DNA of 64,000 nucleotides from Rhodopseudomonas palustris. GTDB lineage: Bacteria; Pseudomonadota; Alphaproteobacteria; Rhizobiales; Xanthobacteraceae. The position numbers and the translations under genes are program-made. The notes below the pieces were generated by a model that made no database searches, was not told the origin of the DNA, and was given only the letters and a program-made list of their open reading frames with translations. Below are positions 10,892 through 21,520 of the stretch, piece by piece (position 1 is the stretch's first letter; every line of letters starts with the position of its first letter). The stretch lies in the NCBI GenBank assembly GCA_016215605.1, contig JACRJB010000006.1:3842-67841 (forward strand), written 5' to 3'.

Positions 10892-10961
10892 CTCGCGCGA
10901 CTGGCGACCTTGGATGGAGCACCATCGGGAAGCGCGGGATTTAGCTGCCGCGCGCCTGGGC
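10892..10961 (+). promoter_or_regulatory. ZTP (pfl) riboswitch
   Basis: P1 CUCGCG/CGCGGG, conserved GACUGGCG, P2 GAUGG/CCAUC, GGGAAG, 3' GCCGCGCGCCUGGGC; directly upstream of purH. Confidence 0.9.
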
Positions 10962-10994
10962 ATAGGTTTTCCTAACGACACAGGATTCTTGCCC

Positions 10995-12587
<1,593 letters not shown>

Positions 12588-12595
12588 TCTTTGAA

Positions 12596-12730
12596 CCCTC
12601 TCCCCTTGTGGGAGAGGGTGGCGAGCGCAGCGAGCCGGGTGAGGGGACGCAGCCGAAGCTCAATGCCCGCCTCACCCCTCATCCGACGCGGACTGCGTCC
12701 GCGCCACCTTCTCCCACTAGGGGAGAAGGG
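12596..12730. repeat. Palindromic repeat family C doublet
   Basis: ccctctccccttgtgggagaggg...gggtgagggg and inverse cccctcatccg...ccttctcccactaggggagaaggg, between convergent genes. Confidence 0.8.
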
Positions 12731-12834
12731 AAGAGGCGACTGCCTCAACCGTCATCGCCTTTGCAGGCGGGCGATGACAATTGTTTTGCGAAAGCGGGGT
12801 AGCGACCCGAGGCCGCCGCCCCGCGCTCCACTGA

Positions 12835-13923
12835 TCAAGCCGCAGCACCTTCCTGCTGGGCGGTGCGCCGTGCCGATCGCCGGCTATCCACGGCTTCCGC
12901 CAGCTCGTGCAGCACCGTCTCGGTCGTCGCCCAGTCGATGCAGCCGTCGGTGATGCTCTGGCCGTACTGCAGCGGCCGGCCCGGGACGACGTCCTGCCTT
13001 CCGGCGACCAGATTGCTCTCGATCATCACGCCGATGATGCGGGCAGCGCCGGCCGCGAGCTGACGTCCGATATCGGCCGTGACCTTCGGCTGGTTCTCCG
13101 GCTGCTTGCTGCTGTTGGCGTGGCTGGCGTCGATCATCAGGCGCGGCGGCAGGCCGATTTTGCCGAGCTGCGCTGCGGCGGCTTCGACGCTGGCGGCATC
13201 GTAATTCGGCGTCACGCCGCCGCGCAGGATGACGTGGCAGTCGCTGTTGCCGGTGGTGGCCGCGATGGCGTTGCGCCCGCGCTTGGTCACCGCCATGAAA
13301 TGATGCGGCTGCGCGGCGGATTTCACCGCCTCCGCGGCGATCCGGACGTTGCCGTCGGTGCCGTTCTTGAAGCCGATCGGACACGACAGGCCGGACGCCA
13401 GTTCGCGGTGAATCTGGCTCTCGGTGGTGCGGGCGCCGATCGCCCCCCAGGCGACGAGATCGGCGATGTATTGCGGCGTGATCAGGTCGAGGAATTCGGT
13501 GGCGGCGGGCAGGCCGAGATTGTTCACGGCCGCGAGCACCTGGCGCGCCAGCCGCAGCCCCTTGTCGATCCGGAAGCTGCCGTCGAGGTCGGGGTCGTTG
13601 ATCAACCCCTTCCAGCCCACCGTGGTGCGCGGCTTTTCGAAATACACCCGCATCACGATCTCGAGCTGGTCGGCCAGGGTCTCGCGCAGCGCCGCCAGAC
13701 GGCTGGCATAGTCCATGGCCGCGGCCGGATCGTGAATCGAACAGGGGCCGACCACGACCAGCAGCCGGTCGTCGGCGCCGGTCAGGATGGCGTGAATCGC
13801 GCTGCGGCTCGCCGCAACGGTGCGGGTCGCGGTCAGCGTGCGCGGAACCTCGCCCATGACGTCGTCGGGCGTACTCAGTTCGGTGATCTTCTGCAGGCGA
13901 AGGTCGTCGGTGGTGGTCAACAC
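12835..13923 (-). CDS. aroG: Class I DAHP synthase (AroF/AroG/AroH type)
   Basis: VVGPCSIHD, RVYFEKPRTTVGWKG, IGARTTESQIHR, FKNGTDG, DASHANS, SITDGC; isozyme type not resolved. Confidence 0.9.
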   Translation of the reverse strand: MLTTTDDLRLQKITELSTPDDVMGEVPRTLTATRTVAASRSAIHAILTGADDRLLVVVGPCSIHDPAAAMDYASRLAALRETLADQLEIVMRVYFEKPRTTVGWKGLINDPDLDGSFRIDKGLRLARQVLAAVNNLGLPAATEFLDLITPQYIADLVAWGAIGARTTESQIHRELASGLSCPIGFKNGTDGNVRIAAEAVKSAAQPHHFMAVTKRGRNAIAATTGNSDCHVILRGGVTPNYDAASVEAAAAQLGKIGLPPRLMIDASHANSSKQPENQPKVTADIGRQLAAGAARIIGVMIESNLVAGRQDVVPGRPLQYGQSITDGCIDWATTETVLHELAEAVDSRRSARRTAQQEGAAA

Positions 13924-13957
13924 GGCAGTCTGCTCCTTGTGAGGAGACCTGCCGGCT

Positions 13958-13991
13958 CAAACGAAAAAGCCGCCAGGTCTGGCGGCTTTTC
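13958..13991 (-). terminator. Attenuator terminator upstream of DAHP synthase
   Basis: Minus strand gaaaagccgccag-ac-ctggcggctttttcgttt: 12-bp stem plus U-tract. Confidence 0.85.
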
Positions 13992-14011
13992 GGATTTCGA
14001 TGCTGCAATCT

Positions 14012-14089
14012 TCAGATCGAGCGAAATCCTCCCGCCGCCAGCGAGGTGCTAAAATAGAAGTACCAGAACGAGGCGGTCAGGTGGATCAT
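14012..14089 (-). CDS. Aromatic amino acid leader peptide MIHLTASFWYFYFSTSLAAGGFRSI
   Basis: Six consecutive aromatic codons; followed by antiterminator and terminator, then DAHP synthase. Confidence 0.85.
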   Translation of the reverse strand: MIHLTASFWYFYFSTSLAAGGFRSI

Positions 14090-14096
14090 GCGGCTC

Positions 14097-14125
14097 CTAT
14101 AGACCAAGCCGGGGTGGTTTGTCCA
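14097..14125 (-). promoter_or_regulatory. Sigma70-type promoter for the leader (likely leaderless transcript)
   Basis: TGGACA-N17-CTATAG, 7 nt before the leader ATG. Confidence 0.6.
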
Positions 14126-14137
14126 CGGCAGCGAATC

Positions 14138-15538
14138 TCATCCTTCCGCAGAGGGCCGCACCCGCGCCAGCAGCGCCAGTCCTGCGACGAAGAACAGCAC
14201 CAGCACCGCCATGCCGGCCTTCTGGCTCGCGGTGATGGCGGTGACGGTGCCGATCAGCAGGGGGCCGACGAACGACGTCACCTTGCCGGTCAGCGCGAAC
14301 AGGCCGAAATACTGCGCGATGCGGTCGCGCGGCGCGATCCGGATCAAGAGCGTGCGCGACGCGGCCTGCAGCGGCCCGCCGGCGATCCCGATCAGGCAGC
14401 CGAGCAGCAGATAGGCGCGCTCCGCCGGGGCGGCGAACAGCGCCGCGCCCGGCTGCGGCGGCGTCACCGCGACGAACAGGATGTGCGACGGATCGATCAG
14501 CAGGATGCCGGTGATCGCGATCAGCAGCAGCACGATCGAGCCGGCGATCACCCGCCTGGAGCCGAGCGCATCGTCGAGCCGGCCGCCGATGAAGGCGCCG
14601 AAGGTCGCGGCGATCGCCAGGATCACGCCGAAGCTGCCGATCTGGATCGTGCCCCAGCCGAACGTGCCGGTGGCGTAGATGCCGCCGAACGCGAACAGCG
14701 ACACGAGGCCGTCGGTGTAGATCATGTTGGCGAGCAGGAAGGCGGCGAGCGAGCGCCGCTGCGGCAGATCCCGCAGCGTCTCGCGCAACTCGCGCAGGCC
14801 TTCGCCGACCGCCGCCTTGACCGACAGTTTTGCCGGAAAATCCGGCGTCAGCAGAAACATCGGCAGCACGAACACGGTGAACCACAATCCCGTGAGCGGT
14901 CCGGTGATGCGGTCGCCCTGATGGCTCGCGGCGTCGAGTCTGAACAGCGGCGTGACGCCGAGCAGCGTCTTGCCGGTCTGCGGATTGGCGGCGAGGAAGC
15001 CGAGCACCAGGATCAGCGAGAGAATGCCGCCGATATAGCCGGTGGCCCAGCCGGTGCCCGACAGCCGGCCGATCTTCTCCGGCGGCACCAGGTTCGGCAT
15101 CATCGCGTTGTTGAACACGGTGGCGAATTCGACCCCGATGGTCGCCAGCGCATAGGCGATCAGCAGCGGCAGGATCACGCTGGAATCGCCCGGCCGGCCG
15201 AACCACATCAGCGACGAGCCGATCACCAGCATCGCGCCGAACACAGCGATCCACGGCTTGCGCCGGCCGGAGGCGTCGGCGACCGCGCCGAGAATCGGCG
15301 AGGCGAGCGCGATCAGGAAGCCGCTCGCCGCGGTGGCGAAGCCCCACAGCGATTGCCCGGTGGCCGGATCGGGCGCCACATAGGTGGCGAAATAGGGGGC
15401 GAAGATGAAGGTGGTGATCAGCGTGAAATATGGCTGCGCCGCCCAGTCGAACAGGATCCAGCCGGTGACCGCGGCGCGCGACGGATAGGTCTTCGGCGCA
15501 GCGCCGCGCGAGAGGTCGGACGCGATCGATGACGTCAT
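14138..15538 (-). CDS. MFS transporter (UMF1/Atg22-like)
   Basis: WILFDWAAQPY, YTDGLVSL, QAASRTLL, FGLFALTGK; about 12 TM. Confidence 0.85.
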   Translation of the reverse strand: MTSSIASDLSRGAAPKTYPSRAAVTGWILFDWAAQPYFTLITTFIFAPYFATYVAPDPATGQSLWGFATAASGFLIALASPILGAVADASGRRKPWIAVFGAMLVIGSSLMWFGRPGDSSVILPLLIAYALATIGVEFATVFNNAMMPNLVPPEKIGRLSGTGWATGYIGGILSLILVLGFLAANPQTGKTLLGVTPLFRLDAASHQGDRITGPLTGLWFTVFVLPMFLLTPDFPAKLSVKAAVGEGLRELRETLRDLPQRRSLAAFLLANMIYTDGLVSLFAFGGIYATGTFGWGTIQIGSFGVILAIAATFGAFIGGRLDDALGSRRVIAGSIVLLLIAITGILLIDPSHILFVAVTPPQPGAALFAAPAERAYLLLGCLIGIAGGPLQAASRTLLIRIAPRDRIAQYFGLFALTGKVTSFVGPLLIGTVTAITASQKAGMAVLVLFFVAGLALLARVRPSAEG

Positions 15539-15640
15539 CTTGTCTTCCCTGGACCGGCCGCCGTCTGGCGGGCCGCCCCGAAACCACTATAGGATTCTGA
15601 GCTGCAGGACAGCCCGACCCCCACCCGAACGGACTCTTGG

Positions 15641-17386
15641 ATGCGCACGATGACGAGGCTTCATCGCACGGCTGTGACAGCGCTGGTCGCGATCGTCGCG
15701 CTGGTGACGACACAGACGGCGGCGCCGGCGCAGGACATGCGCGGCGGCGCGGCGCGCGGACCCGTTGCCGCCACCGCCGTCGTCGCCAGACACGGTATGG
15801 TGGTGGCGCAGGAGCGGCTGTCCGCCGAGATCGGCGCTCGGTTCCTCGCCCGCGGCGGCAACGCGATCGATGCCGCGGTGGCGACCGGCTTCGCGATGGC
15901 GGTGACCTATCCGCGCGCCGGCAATCTCGGCGGCGGCGGCTTCATGGTGATCCATTCCGCGGCCAAGAACGAAGACGTCGCGATCGACTATCGCGAGACC
16001 GCACCGGCGGCCGCGACGCCCGACATGTTCCTCACCGACGGCAAGCCCGACGCGGCGAAGTCGCGCAATTCGGCGCTCGGCATCGGCGTGCCCGGCACCG
16101 TCGCCGGCCTGGCGCTGGCGCTCGACAAATACGGCTCCGGCAAGTTCACGCTCAGCGAGATTCTGCAGCCGGCGATCGAACTGGCGCGCGACGGCTTCAC
16201 CGTCGCCGACGATCTCGCCGACACGCTGCCGGACTGGCAGCGCCGCATGGCGCCGTGGCCGACGTCGCGAAAAGTGTTCGCCCGCGCCGACGGTTCGCCG
16301 CTGCAGGGTGGCGACCGGCTGGTGCAGAGCGATCTTGCCGCGACCCTGCAGGCGATCGCCGCGAGAGGGCCGGATGGATTCTATCGCGGCGAGGTCGCCG
16401 ACAAGCTCGCGCGCGGCGTCCGCGAAGCCGGCGGGCTGATCACCACCGACGATCTTGCCGATTATCAGGCGGTGGTGCGCCCGCCGGTGCGCGGCGTCTA
16501 TCGCGGCTACGACATCGTGGCGATGCCGCAGCCGTCCTCGGGCGGCGTGGTGCTGATCGAGACGCTGAATATCCTCGAGGGCTTTCCGTTGCGCGATGTC
16601 GCGCAGGGCAGTCCGCCGTCGCTGCATCTCTTGATCGAGGCGATGAAGCGCGCTTATGCGGACCGCGCGCGCTACCTCGGCGATCCGGCCTTCGTCGATG
16701 CGCCGGTCGCCAGATTGCTGTCGAAGGACTACGCCACGACGCTGCGCGCCGGCATCGACCCGGCCCGCGCCACGCCGGCGGCGCAGGCGTTGCCGCAGCC
16801 GAAAGAGGGCGAGAACACCACGCATTATTCGGTCGCCGACGATCAGGGCAACGCCGTCAGCAACACCTACACGCTGAATTTTCCCTACGGCGTCGGCCTC
16901 GTCGCCGACGGCACCGGCGTGCTGCTCAACAACGAGCTCGACGACTTCACCGCCGCGCCCGGCGCGTCGAACGCCTACGGCCTGGTCGGGTTCGGCGCCA
17001 ATCTGCCGGCGCCCGGCAAGCGGCCGCTGTCGTCGATGTCGCCGACCATCGTGCTGAAGGACGGCAAGCCGGTGCTGGTCACCGGTTCGCCCGGTGGCAG
17101 CCGGATCATCTCGGCGGTGCTGCAGGTGATCGTCGACGTGATCGACTATCGCATGAACGTCGCCGCTGCCGTCGCCGCGCCGCGGCTGCATCATCAATGG
17201 CTGCCGGACGAGGTCCGGGTCGAACAGGGCTTCCCGGACGCGACGCTCGATGCGCTGCGGACGATGGGCCACCGCATCGCCACTCCGCTCGGCCAGACCT
17301 CGGCGAACTCGATCCTCATCGACGCCGCCGGCTTCCACGGCGCGCCCGATCCGCGCACCCGCGGCGCGACGGCGGCGGGGCATTGA
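15641..17386 (+). CDS. ggt: Gamma-glutamyltransferase
   Basis: GGNAIDAAVA, DYRETAP, ENTTHYS, NNELDDF, LSSMSPT, GSPGGSRI; signal peptide. Confidence 0.95.
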   Translation: MRTMTRLHRTAVTALVAIVALVTTQTAAPAQDMRGGAARGPVAATAVVARHGMVVAQERLSAEIGARFLARGGNAIDAAVATGFAMAVTYPRAGNLGGGGFMVIHSAAKNEDVAIDYRETAPAAATPDMFLTDGKPDAAKSRNSALGIGVPGTVAGLALALDKYGSGKFTLSEILQPAIELARDGFTVADDLADTLPDWQRRMAPWPTSRKVFARADGSPLQGGDRLVQSDLAATLQAIAARGPDGFYRGEVADKLARGVREAGGLITTDDLADYQAVVRPPVRGVYRGYDIVAMPQPSSGGVVLIETLNILEGFPLRDVAQGSPPSLHLLIEAMKRAYADRARYLGDPAFVDAPVARLLSKDYATTLRAGIDPARATPAAQALPQPKEGENTTHYSVADDQGNAVSNTYTLNFPYGVGLVADGTGVLLNNELDDFTAAPGASNAYGLVGFGANLPAPGKRPLSSMSPTIVLKDGKPVLVTGSPGGSRIISAVLQVIVDVIDYRMNVAAAVAAPRLHHQWLPDEVRVEQGFPDATLDALRTMGHRIATPLGQTSANSILIDAAGFHGAPDPRTRGATAAGH

Positions 17387-17406
17387 AAGTAGTTAGTAGC
17401 AAGAGA

Positions 17407-17425
17407 TGTCATTGCCGGGCTTGAC
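17407..17425 (+). repeat. Truncated half REP of family A
   Basis: tgtcattgccgggcttgac, identical to 42322-42340, with no 3' arm. Confidence 0.75.
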
Positions 17426-17466
17426 AGATTGTGTGTGAGACGAATCCACTCCCCGCGCAAAGCGCG

Positions 17467-17610
17467 CTCCCTCTCCCGCTTGCGGGAGCGGGCTGGGGTG
17501 AGGGCGCCCCAGGCAATGAGCTGACTGCTCGCTAAATCAGCCTCGAAGTATGAGCTGCGACGCGCGGCTGCCCTCACCCCAACCCTCCCCCGCAGGCGGG
17601 GGAGGGGGCT
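17467..17610. repeat. Family C doublet
   Basis: ccctctcccgcttgcgggag...ggggtgaggg and ccctcacccc...ccctcccccgcaggcgggggaggg. Confidence 0.85.
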
Positions 17611-17729
17611 CGTCGCGGGCGTGGCGAGGGCTTAGGCTTGCAGATGAGGTCAACGTCTGGCCGCAAGCGGATGCGGCGGCGCTCTGCTAATCTGTCCGGC
17701 GATTCCGGTCGGGCGATCAGGAGACCACC

Positions 17730-18611
17730 ATGGCATCACTCAAAGGCAAGACCCTGTTCATCACCGGCGCCAGTCGCGGCATCGGGCTGGCGATCGCGCT
17801 GCGGGCGGCGCGGGATGGTGCGAACATCGCGATCGCCGCCAAGACCACCGAGCCGCATCCCAAGCTGCAGGGCACGATCTACACCGCGGCCGACGAGATC
17901 CGCGCCGCCGGCGGCCAGGCGCTGCCGCTGGTCTGCGACATCCGCGACGAGGCGCAGGTGATCGACGCGATCAATCGGACGGTCGCGGAGTTCGGCGGGC
18001 TCGACATCTGCGTCAACAATGCAAGCGCGATCAGCCTGACCAATTCGCAGGCGACCGACATGAAGCGCTACGATCTGATGATGGGGATCAACAGCCGCGG
18101 CACCTTCATGGTGTCGAAATATTGCATTCCGCATCTGAAGAAGGCCGCGAACCCGCACATTCTGATGCTGTCGCCGCCGCTCGACATGAAGGCGAAGTGG
18201 TTCGCGGCCTCGACCGCCTACACCAGCGCCAAGTTCGGCATGAGCATGGTGGTGCTCGGCCTGTCCGGTGAGCTGAAGGGCGCGGGCGTTGCGGTGAATG
18301 CGCTGTGGCCGCGCACCACCATCGCCACCGCCGCGGTCGGCAATCTGCTCGGCGGCGACGCGATGATGCGCGCCAGCCGCACGCCGGAGATCATGGGCGA
18401 TGCCGCGCACGCGATCCTGACCAGGCCGTCGCGCGAGTTCACCGGCCAGTTCTGCATCGACGACAAGGTGCTGTTCGACTCCGGCGTCACCGATTTCGAG
18501 CGCTACCGGGTCGACCCGTCGGTGCAACTGATGTCGGATTTCTTCGTCCCCGACGACGACATCCCGCCCCCCGGCGTCACCGTCGCGTCGCTGCCGGGGG
18601 CGAAGGGGTAG
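17730..18611 (+). CDS. SDR oxidoreductase (HSDL2-like)
   Basis: ITGASRGIG, AKTTEPHPKLQGTI, VNNASAI, YTSAKFGMS, NALWPRT. Confidence 0.9.
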   Translation: MASLKGKTLFITGASRGIGLAIALRAARDGANIAIAAKTTEPHPKLQGTIYTAADEIRAAGGQALPLVCDIRDEAQVIDAINRTVAEFGGLDICVNNASAISLTNSQATDMKRYDLMMGINSRGTFMVSKYCIPHLKKAANPHILMLSPPLDMKAKWFAASTAYTSAKFGMSMVVLGLSGELKGAGVAVNALWPRTTIATAAVGNLLGGDAMMRASRTPEIMGDAAHAILTRPSREFTGQFCIDDKVLFDSGVTDFERYRVDPSVQLMSDFFVPDDDIPPPGVTVASLPGAKG

Positions 18612-18654
18612 GGCGGATTGATGATGAGGCGCCGCGCTCGCCCCAAGCACAGCG

Positions 18655-18798
18655 AGCCCCCTCCCCCGCCTGCGGGGGAGGGTTGGGGTGAGGGCGACGC
18701 GAGCGATTACCTCTCGATGTAGTTCCAGGGAGCTGGGGCAAGCGCTGTGCCTGCGGCGCCCTCACCCCCGCCCTCTCCCGCACGCGGGAGAGGGGGCT
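18655..18798. repeat. Family C doublet
   Basis: agccccctccccc...ggggtgaggg and ccctcacccc...gggagagggggct, between convergent genes. Confidence 0.85.
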
Positions 18799-18842
18799 GC
18801 CGTGCCTGGGGTACTGGTCGTTACTCTAAATGAGCCTGTGAC

Positions 18843-19511
18843 TCACGCCTTCCCGATCTCGTACGGCCCGCCCTTGTCGAGCGCGCGCTGATAGGCGGGG
18901 CGGGCGTGGATGCGGGCGAGCCAGGCGGTGGCGTTCGGGTAGGCCTGGTCGAGGCCGGCCCTGGAGGCGGCGGCTTCCAGCGGGAAACTCATCTGGATGT
19001 CGGCGGCGGTGAAGGTCGGGCCGGCGAAGTAATCGCCCTTGCCGAGTTCGCTCTCCCAGAACGCCATATGCTGTCTGAGCTGCGGATCGACGAAGCCGGT
19101 GAGCGCGCCGGCGGCGACCGCCTTGACCAGCGGGCGCAGCAGCAGCGGCGCGCGCTGCGGCATCATCGTGAACAGCAGCTTCAGCAGCAGCGGCGACATC
19201 GCCGAGCCTTCGGCGTAGTGCAGCCAGTAGGTGTAGCGCAGCCGCTCCGGCGTCTTCGGCGGCGGGATCAGCCGGCCCTCGCCGTAACTGTCGATGACGT
19301 ATTCGATGATCGCGCCCGACTCGGCGATGACGGCGCCGTTGTCGGTAATCACCGGCGATTTGCCGAGCGGATGCACGGCGCGCAATTCCTTCGGCGCCAT
19401 CATGTCGGGCTGGCGCTGATAGCGTTTGATCTCGTAGGGCACGCCGAGTTCTTCGAGCAGCCACAGCACCCGCTGCGAACGTGAATTGTTGAGATGATGG
19501 ACGGTGAGCAT
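18843..19511 (-). CDS. Glutathione S-transferase
   Basis: HHLNNSRSQR, HPLGKSPVI, ESGAII, FTAADIQM. Confidence 0.92.
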   Translation of the reverse strand: MLTVHHLNNSRSQRVLWLLEELGVPYEIKRYQRQPDMMAPKELRAVHPLGKSPVITDNGAVIAESGAIIEYVIDSYGEGRLIPPPKTPERLRYTYWLHYAEGSAMSPLLLKLLFTMMPQRAPLLLRPLVKAVAAGALTGFVDPQLRQHMAFWESELGKGDYFAGPTFTAADIQMSFPLEAAASRAGLDQAYPNATAWLARIHARPAYQRALDKGGPYEIGKA

Positions 19512-19628
19512 GGCGGTCGCGAACCTCGTGGGCATTCCGGTCGAACGCAGTCATAGCCCGAACCGGGCGATCCGAGTGACGGAATTTCGCCCGGCCTGGC
19601 GCCGCCCGGCGCACGCCGATCCGGCGAA

Positions 19629-19964
19629 TCAGATCGGCTTGGCGCCGAGCGTGCTGCGCCAATGCGCGGCGCGGTCCTTGAGCTGGTTGTCGCGCAGATA
19701 GCGGTCGGCGTCGGGCTCGAACAGCTCCAGCGTCTCGATCGCGAAGGCGTCCGCGCCGTGGGCGGCCCAGATCTGCTGCAGCTCGCGGTTCGGATGGGTG
19801 CCGAGCCGCAGCGTGAACCAGATCTTGTTCTGCACCGTGTCCGGGTTGAGCGTCGGGCCGACCCACAGTGCGTCCGCCGCCGCGCAGCGCACCGCATAGA
19901 CCGCGGCTTTCGGCTTGCGCTCCTTGTAGGCGGCAATCGCCGCCTTGCGATGATCTTTGGTCAT
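19629..19964 (-). CDS. GIY-YIG-fold protein (LuxR-associated-like subfamily)
   Basis: YKERKP..AVYAVRC..WVG..N..N..F.L..G.HPN.ELQ..W..HG..AF.IE.LE pattern. Confidence 0.7.
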   Translation of the reverse strand: MTKDHRKAAIAAYKERKPKAAVYAVRCAAADALWVGPTLNPDTVQNKIWFTLRLGTHPNRELQQIWAAHGADAFAIETLELFEPDADRYLRDNQLKDRAAHWRSTLGAKPI

Positions 19965-20023
19965 GGTCGGCCTCGGTGCGGTGGGAGAGGCGCGGGCAAT
20001 AACAGCGTAGGCAGGCCTTGTCA

Positions 20024-20041
20024 ATTTTACCCGGGTAAAAT
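20024..20041. promoter_or_regulatory. Perfect 18-bp palindromic operator candidate
   Basis: ATTTTACCCGGGTAAAAT between divergent genes. Confidence 0.6.
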
Positions 20042-20074
20042 AAATTGCCTCCAAGCCCAGCGGAGCAATCGCCG

Positions 20075-20686
20075 ATGCCATCTGCCACCAACCCGCGCTG
20101 CGTCGTGTTTCACGGCGAGCGCAAAATCGCGGAAGGCGACCTGCGCGCTGCCGCGGCGGCGGTCAAACCGCTGTTCGACCGCGACGAACCCGCCGTGCTG
20201 GTGTTCGACGCCGACACGTCGGCCCGCATCGAGTTCGACCTGCGCGGCTCGCTCGACGATGTGTTGGCGCGATTGCCGCCCGAACCGCCCCCCGCCGAAC
20301 CGGCGGCCGGCGACCATGCCGGGGCGCCGACGCGCGGGCCGGGCCGGCCGAAGCTCGGCGTGGTGGCGCGCGAGGTGACGCTGCTGCCGCGGCACTGGGA
20401 GTGGCTGGCGCAGCAGCGCGGCGGCGCCTCGGTGGCGCTGCGCCGGCTGGTCGACGAGGCGCGCCGCGCTTCGGTCGATCAGGATCGCGTCCGCGCCGCG
20501 CAGGACGCGACGCATCGCTTCATGACGGTGATGGCCGGCGACCGGCCGGGCTACGAGGAGGCGGCGCGGGCGCTGTTCGCCGGCGATGCGGCGAAGTTCG
20601 ACGGCTGCACGGCGTCGTGGCCGGGCGACGTCCGCGACCATGTCCGCCGGCTGGCGCAGGCCGCTCTGCGGACCGGACAAGGTTGA
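20075..20686 (+). CDS. DUF2239 family protein
   Basis: GPGRPKLGVVAREVTLLPRHWEWLAQQRGGASVALRRLV, FMTVMAGDRPGYEEA. Confidence 0.85.
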   Translation: MPSATNPRCVVFHGERKIAEGDLRAAAAAVKPLFDRDEPAVLVFDADTSARIEFDLRGSLDDVLARLPPEPPPAEPAAGDHAGAPTRGPGRPKLGVVAREVTLLPRHWEWLAQQRGGASVALRRLVDEARRASVDQDRVRAAQDATHRFMTVMAGDRPGYEEAARALFAGDAAKFDGCTASWPGDVRDHVRRLAQAALRTGQG

Positions 20687-20770
20687 TTGCCCGCCGGCGA
20701 AGCGCTAGGGTCGATGAAATGACGACAATCATATAAGGCGCGCCCGACGCGCCGTCCCGGGGGAGAGACC

Positions 20771-21373
20771 ATGACCCAGCCAGCGCCGCAATTCCTGTTC
20801 GACTTCGGCAGTCCCAACGCGTTTCTCAGCCACCGGGCGATTCCGGCGATCGAACAGCGCATCGGCGTGAAATTCGACTACGTGCCGGTGCTGCTCGGCG
20901 GCATCTTCAAGGCCACCAACAACCGGTCGCCGGCCGAGACGCTCGCCGGCGTCAAGAACAAGCGCGAATTCGCCATGCTGGAGACCGAGCGCTTCCTGAA
21001 GCGCTTCAAGGTCGCGCCCTATGTGTGGAATCCGCACTTCCCGGTGAACACGCTGAACCTGATGCGCGCCGCGGTGGCGGCGCAGCTCGACGGCGTGTTC
21101 GCGCCCTATGTCGAAGCCGCCTTCCACCACATGTGGGTCGAGCCGAAGAAGATGGACGATCCGGAGGTCGCGGCAGCGGCGCTGGCGTCGTCGGGGCTCG
21201 ACGCGGCGCGATTGTTCGCCCGCGCGCAGGAGCCCGAGGTCAAGGCCAAGCTGATCGCCAACACCGAGGACGCCGTCGCCCGCGGCGCGTTCGGCTCGCC
21301 GACCTTCTTCGTCGGCAAGGACATGTTCTTCGGCAAGGAGCAGCTCCGCGAGGTCGAGGAGATGTACGGCTAG
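20771..21373 (+). CDS. 2-hydroxychromene-2-carboxylate isomerase / kappa-GST (DsbA-like)
   Basis: FDFGSPNAFL, PVLLGGIF, GAFGSPTFFV, FFGKEQL. Confidence 0.88.
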   Translation: MTQPAPQFLFDFGSPNAFLSHRAIPAIEQRIGVKFDYVPVLLGGIFKATNNRSPAETLAGVKNKREFAMLETERFLKRFKVAPYVWNPHFPVNTLNLMRAAVAAQLDGVFAPYVEAAFHHMWVEPKKMDDPEVAAAALASSGLDAARLFARAQEPEVKAKLIANTEDAVARGAFGSPTFFVGKDMFFGKEQLREVEEMYG

Positions 21374-21388
21374 CCTGCCGCATTGCCC

Positions 21389-21424
21389 CGTCATTGCGAG
21401 GAGCGAAGCGACGAAGCAATCCAG
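21389..21424 (+). repeat. CGTC REP family D, single copy
   Basis: cgtcattgcgaggagcgaagcgacgaagcaatccag, identical to 62177-62212. Confidence 0.9.
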
Positions 21425-21428
21425 TATC

Positions 21429-21505
21429 GTAGGATGGGTTGAGCGGAGCGAAACCCATGCCGACGCCATCGATCCATGGGTTTCGCTCCGCTCAACCCAT
21501 CCTAC
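21429..21505. repeat. GTAG-type REP doublet (REPIN-like), family E
   Basis: Perfect 31-bp inverted repeat gtaggatgggttgagcggagcgaaacccatg with a 15-bp spacer. Confidence 0.9.
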
Positions 21506-21520
21506 AGGCCCGCTCGTGAT

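Noticed and set aside
19629-19964. Second GIY-YIG gene as another REP cassette
   Set aside because: Different subfamily and no flanking REPs.
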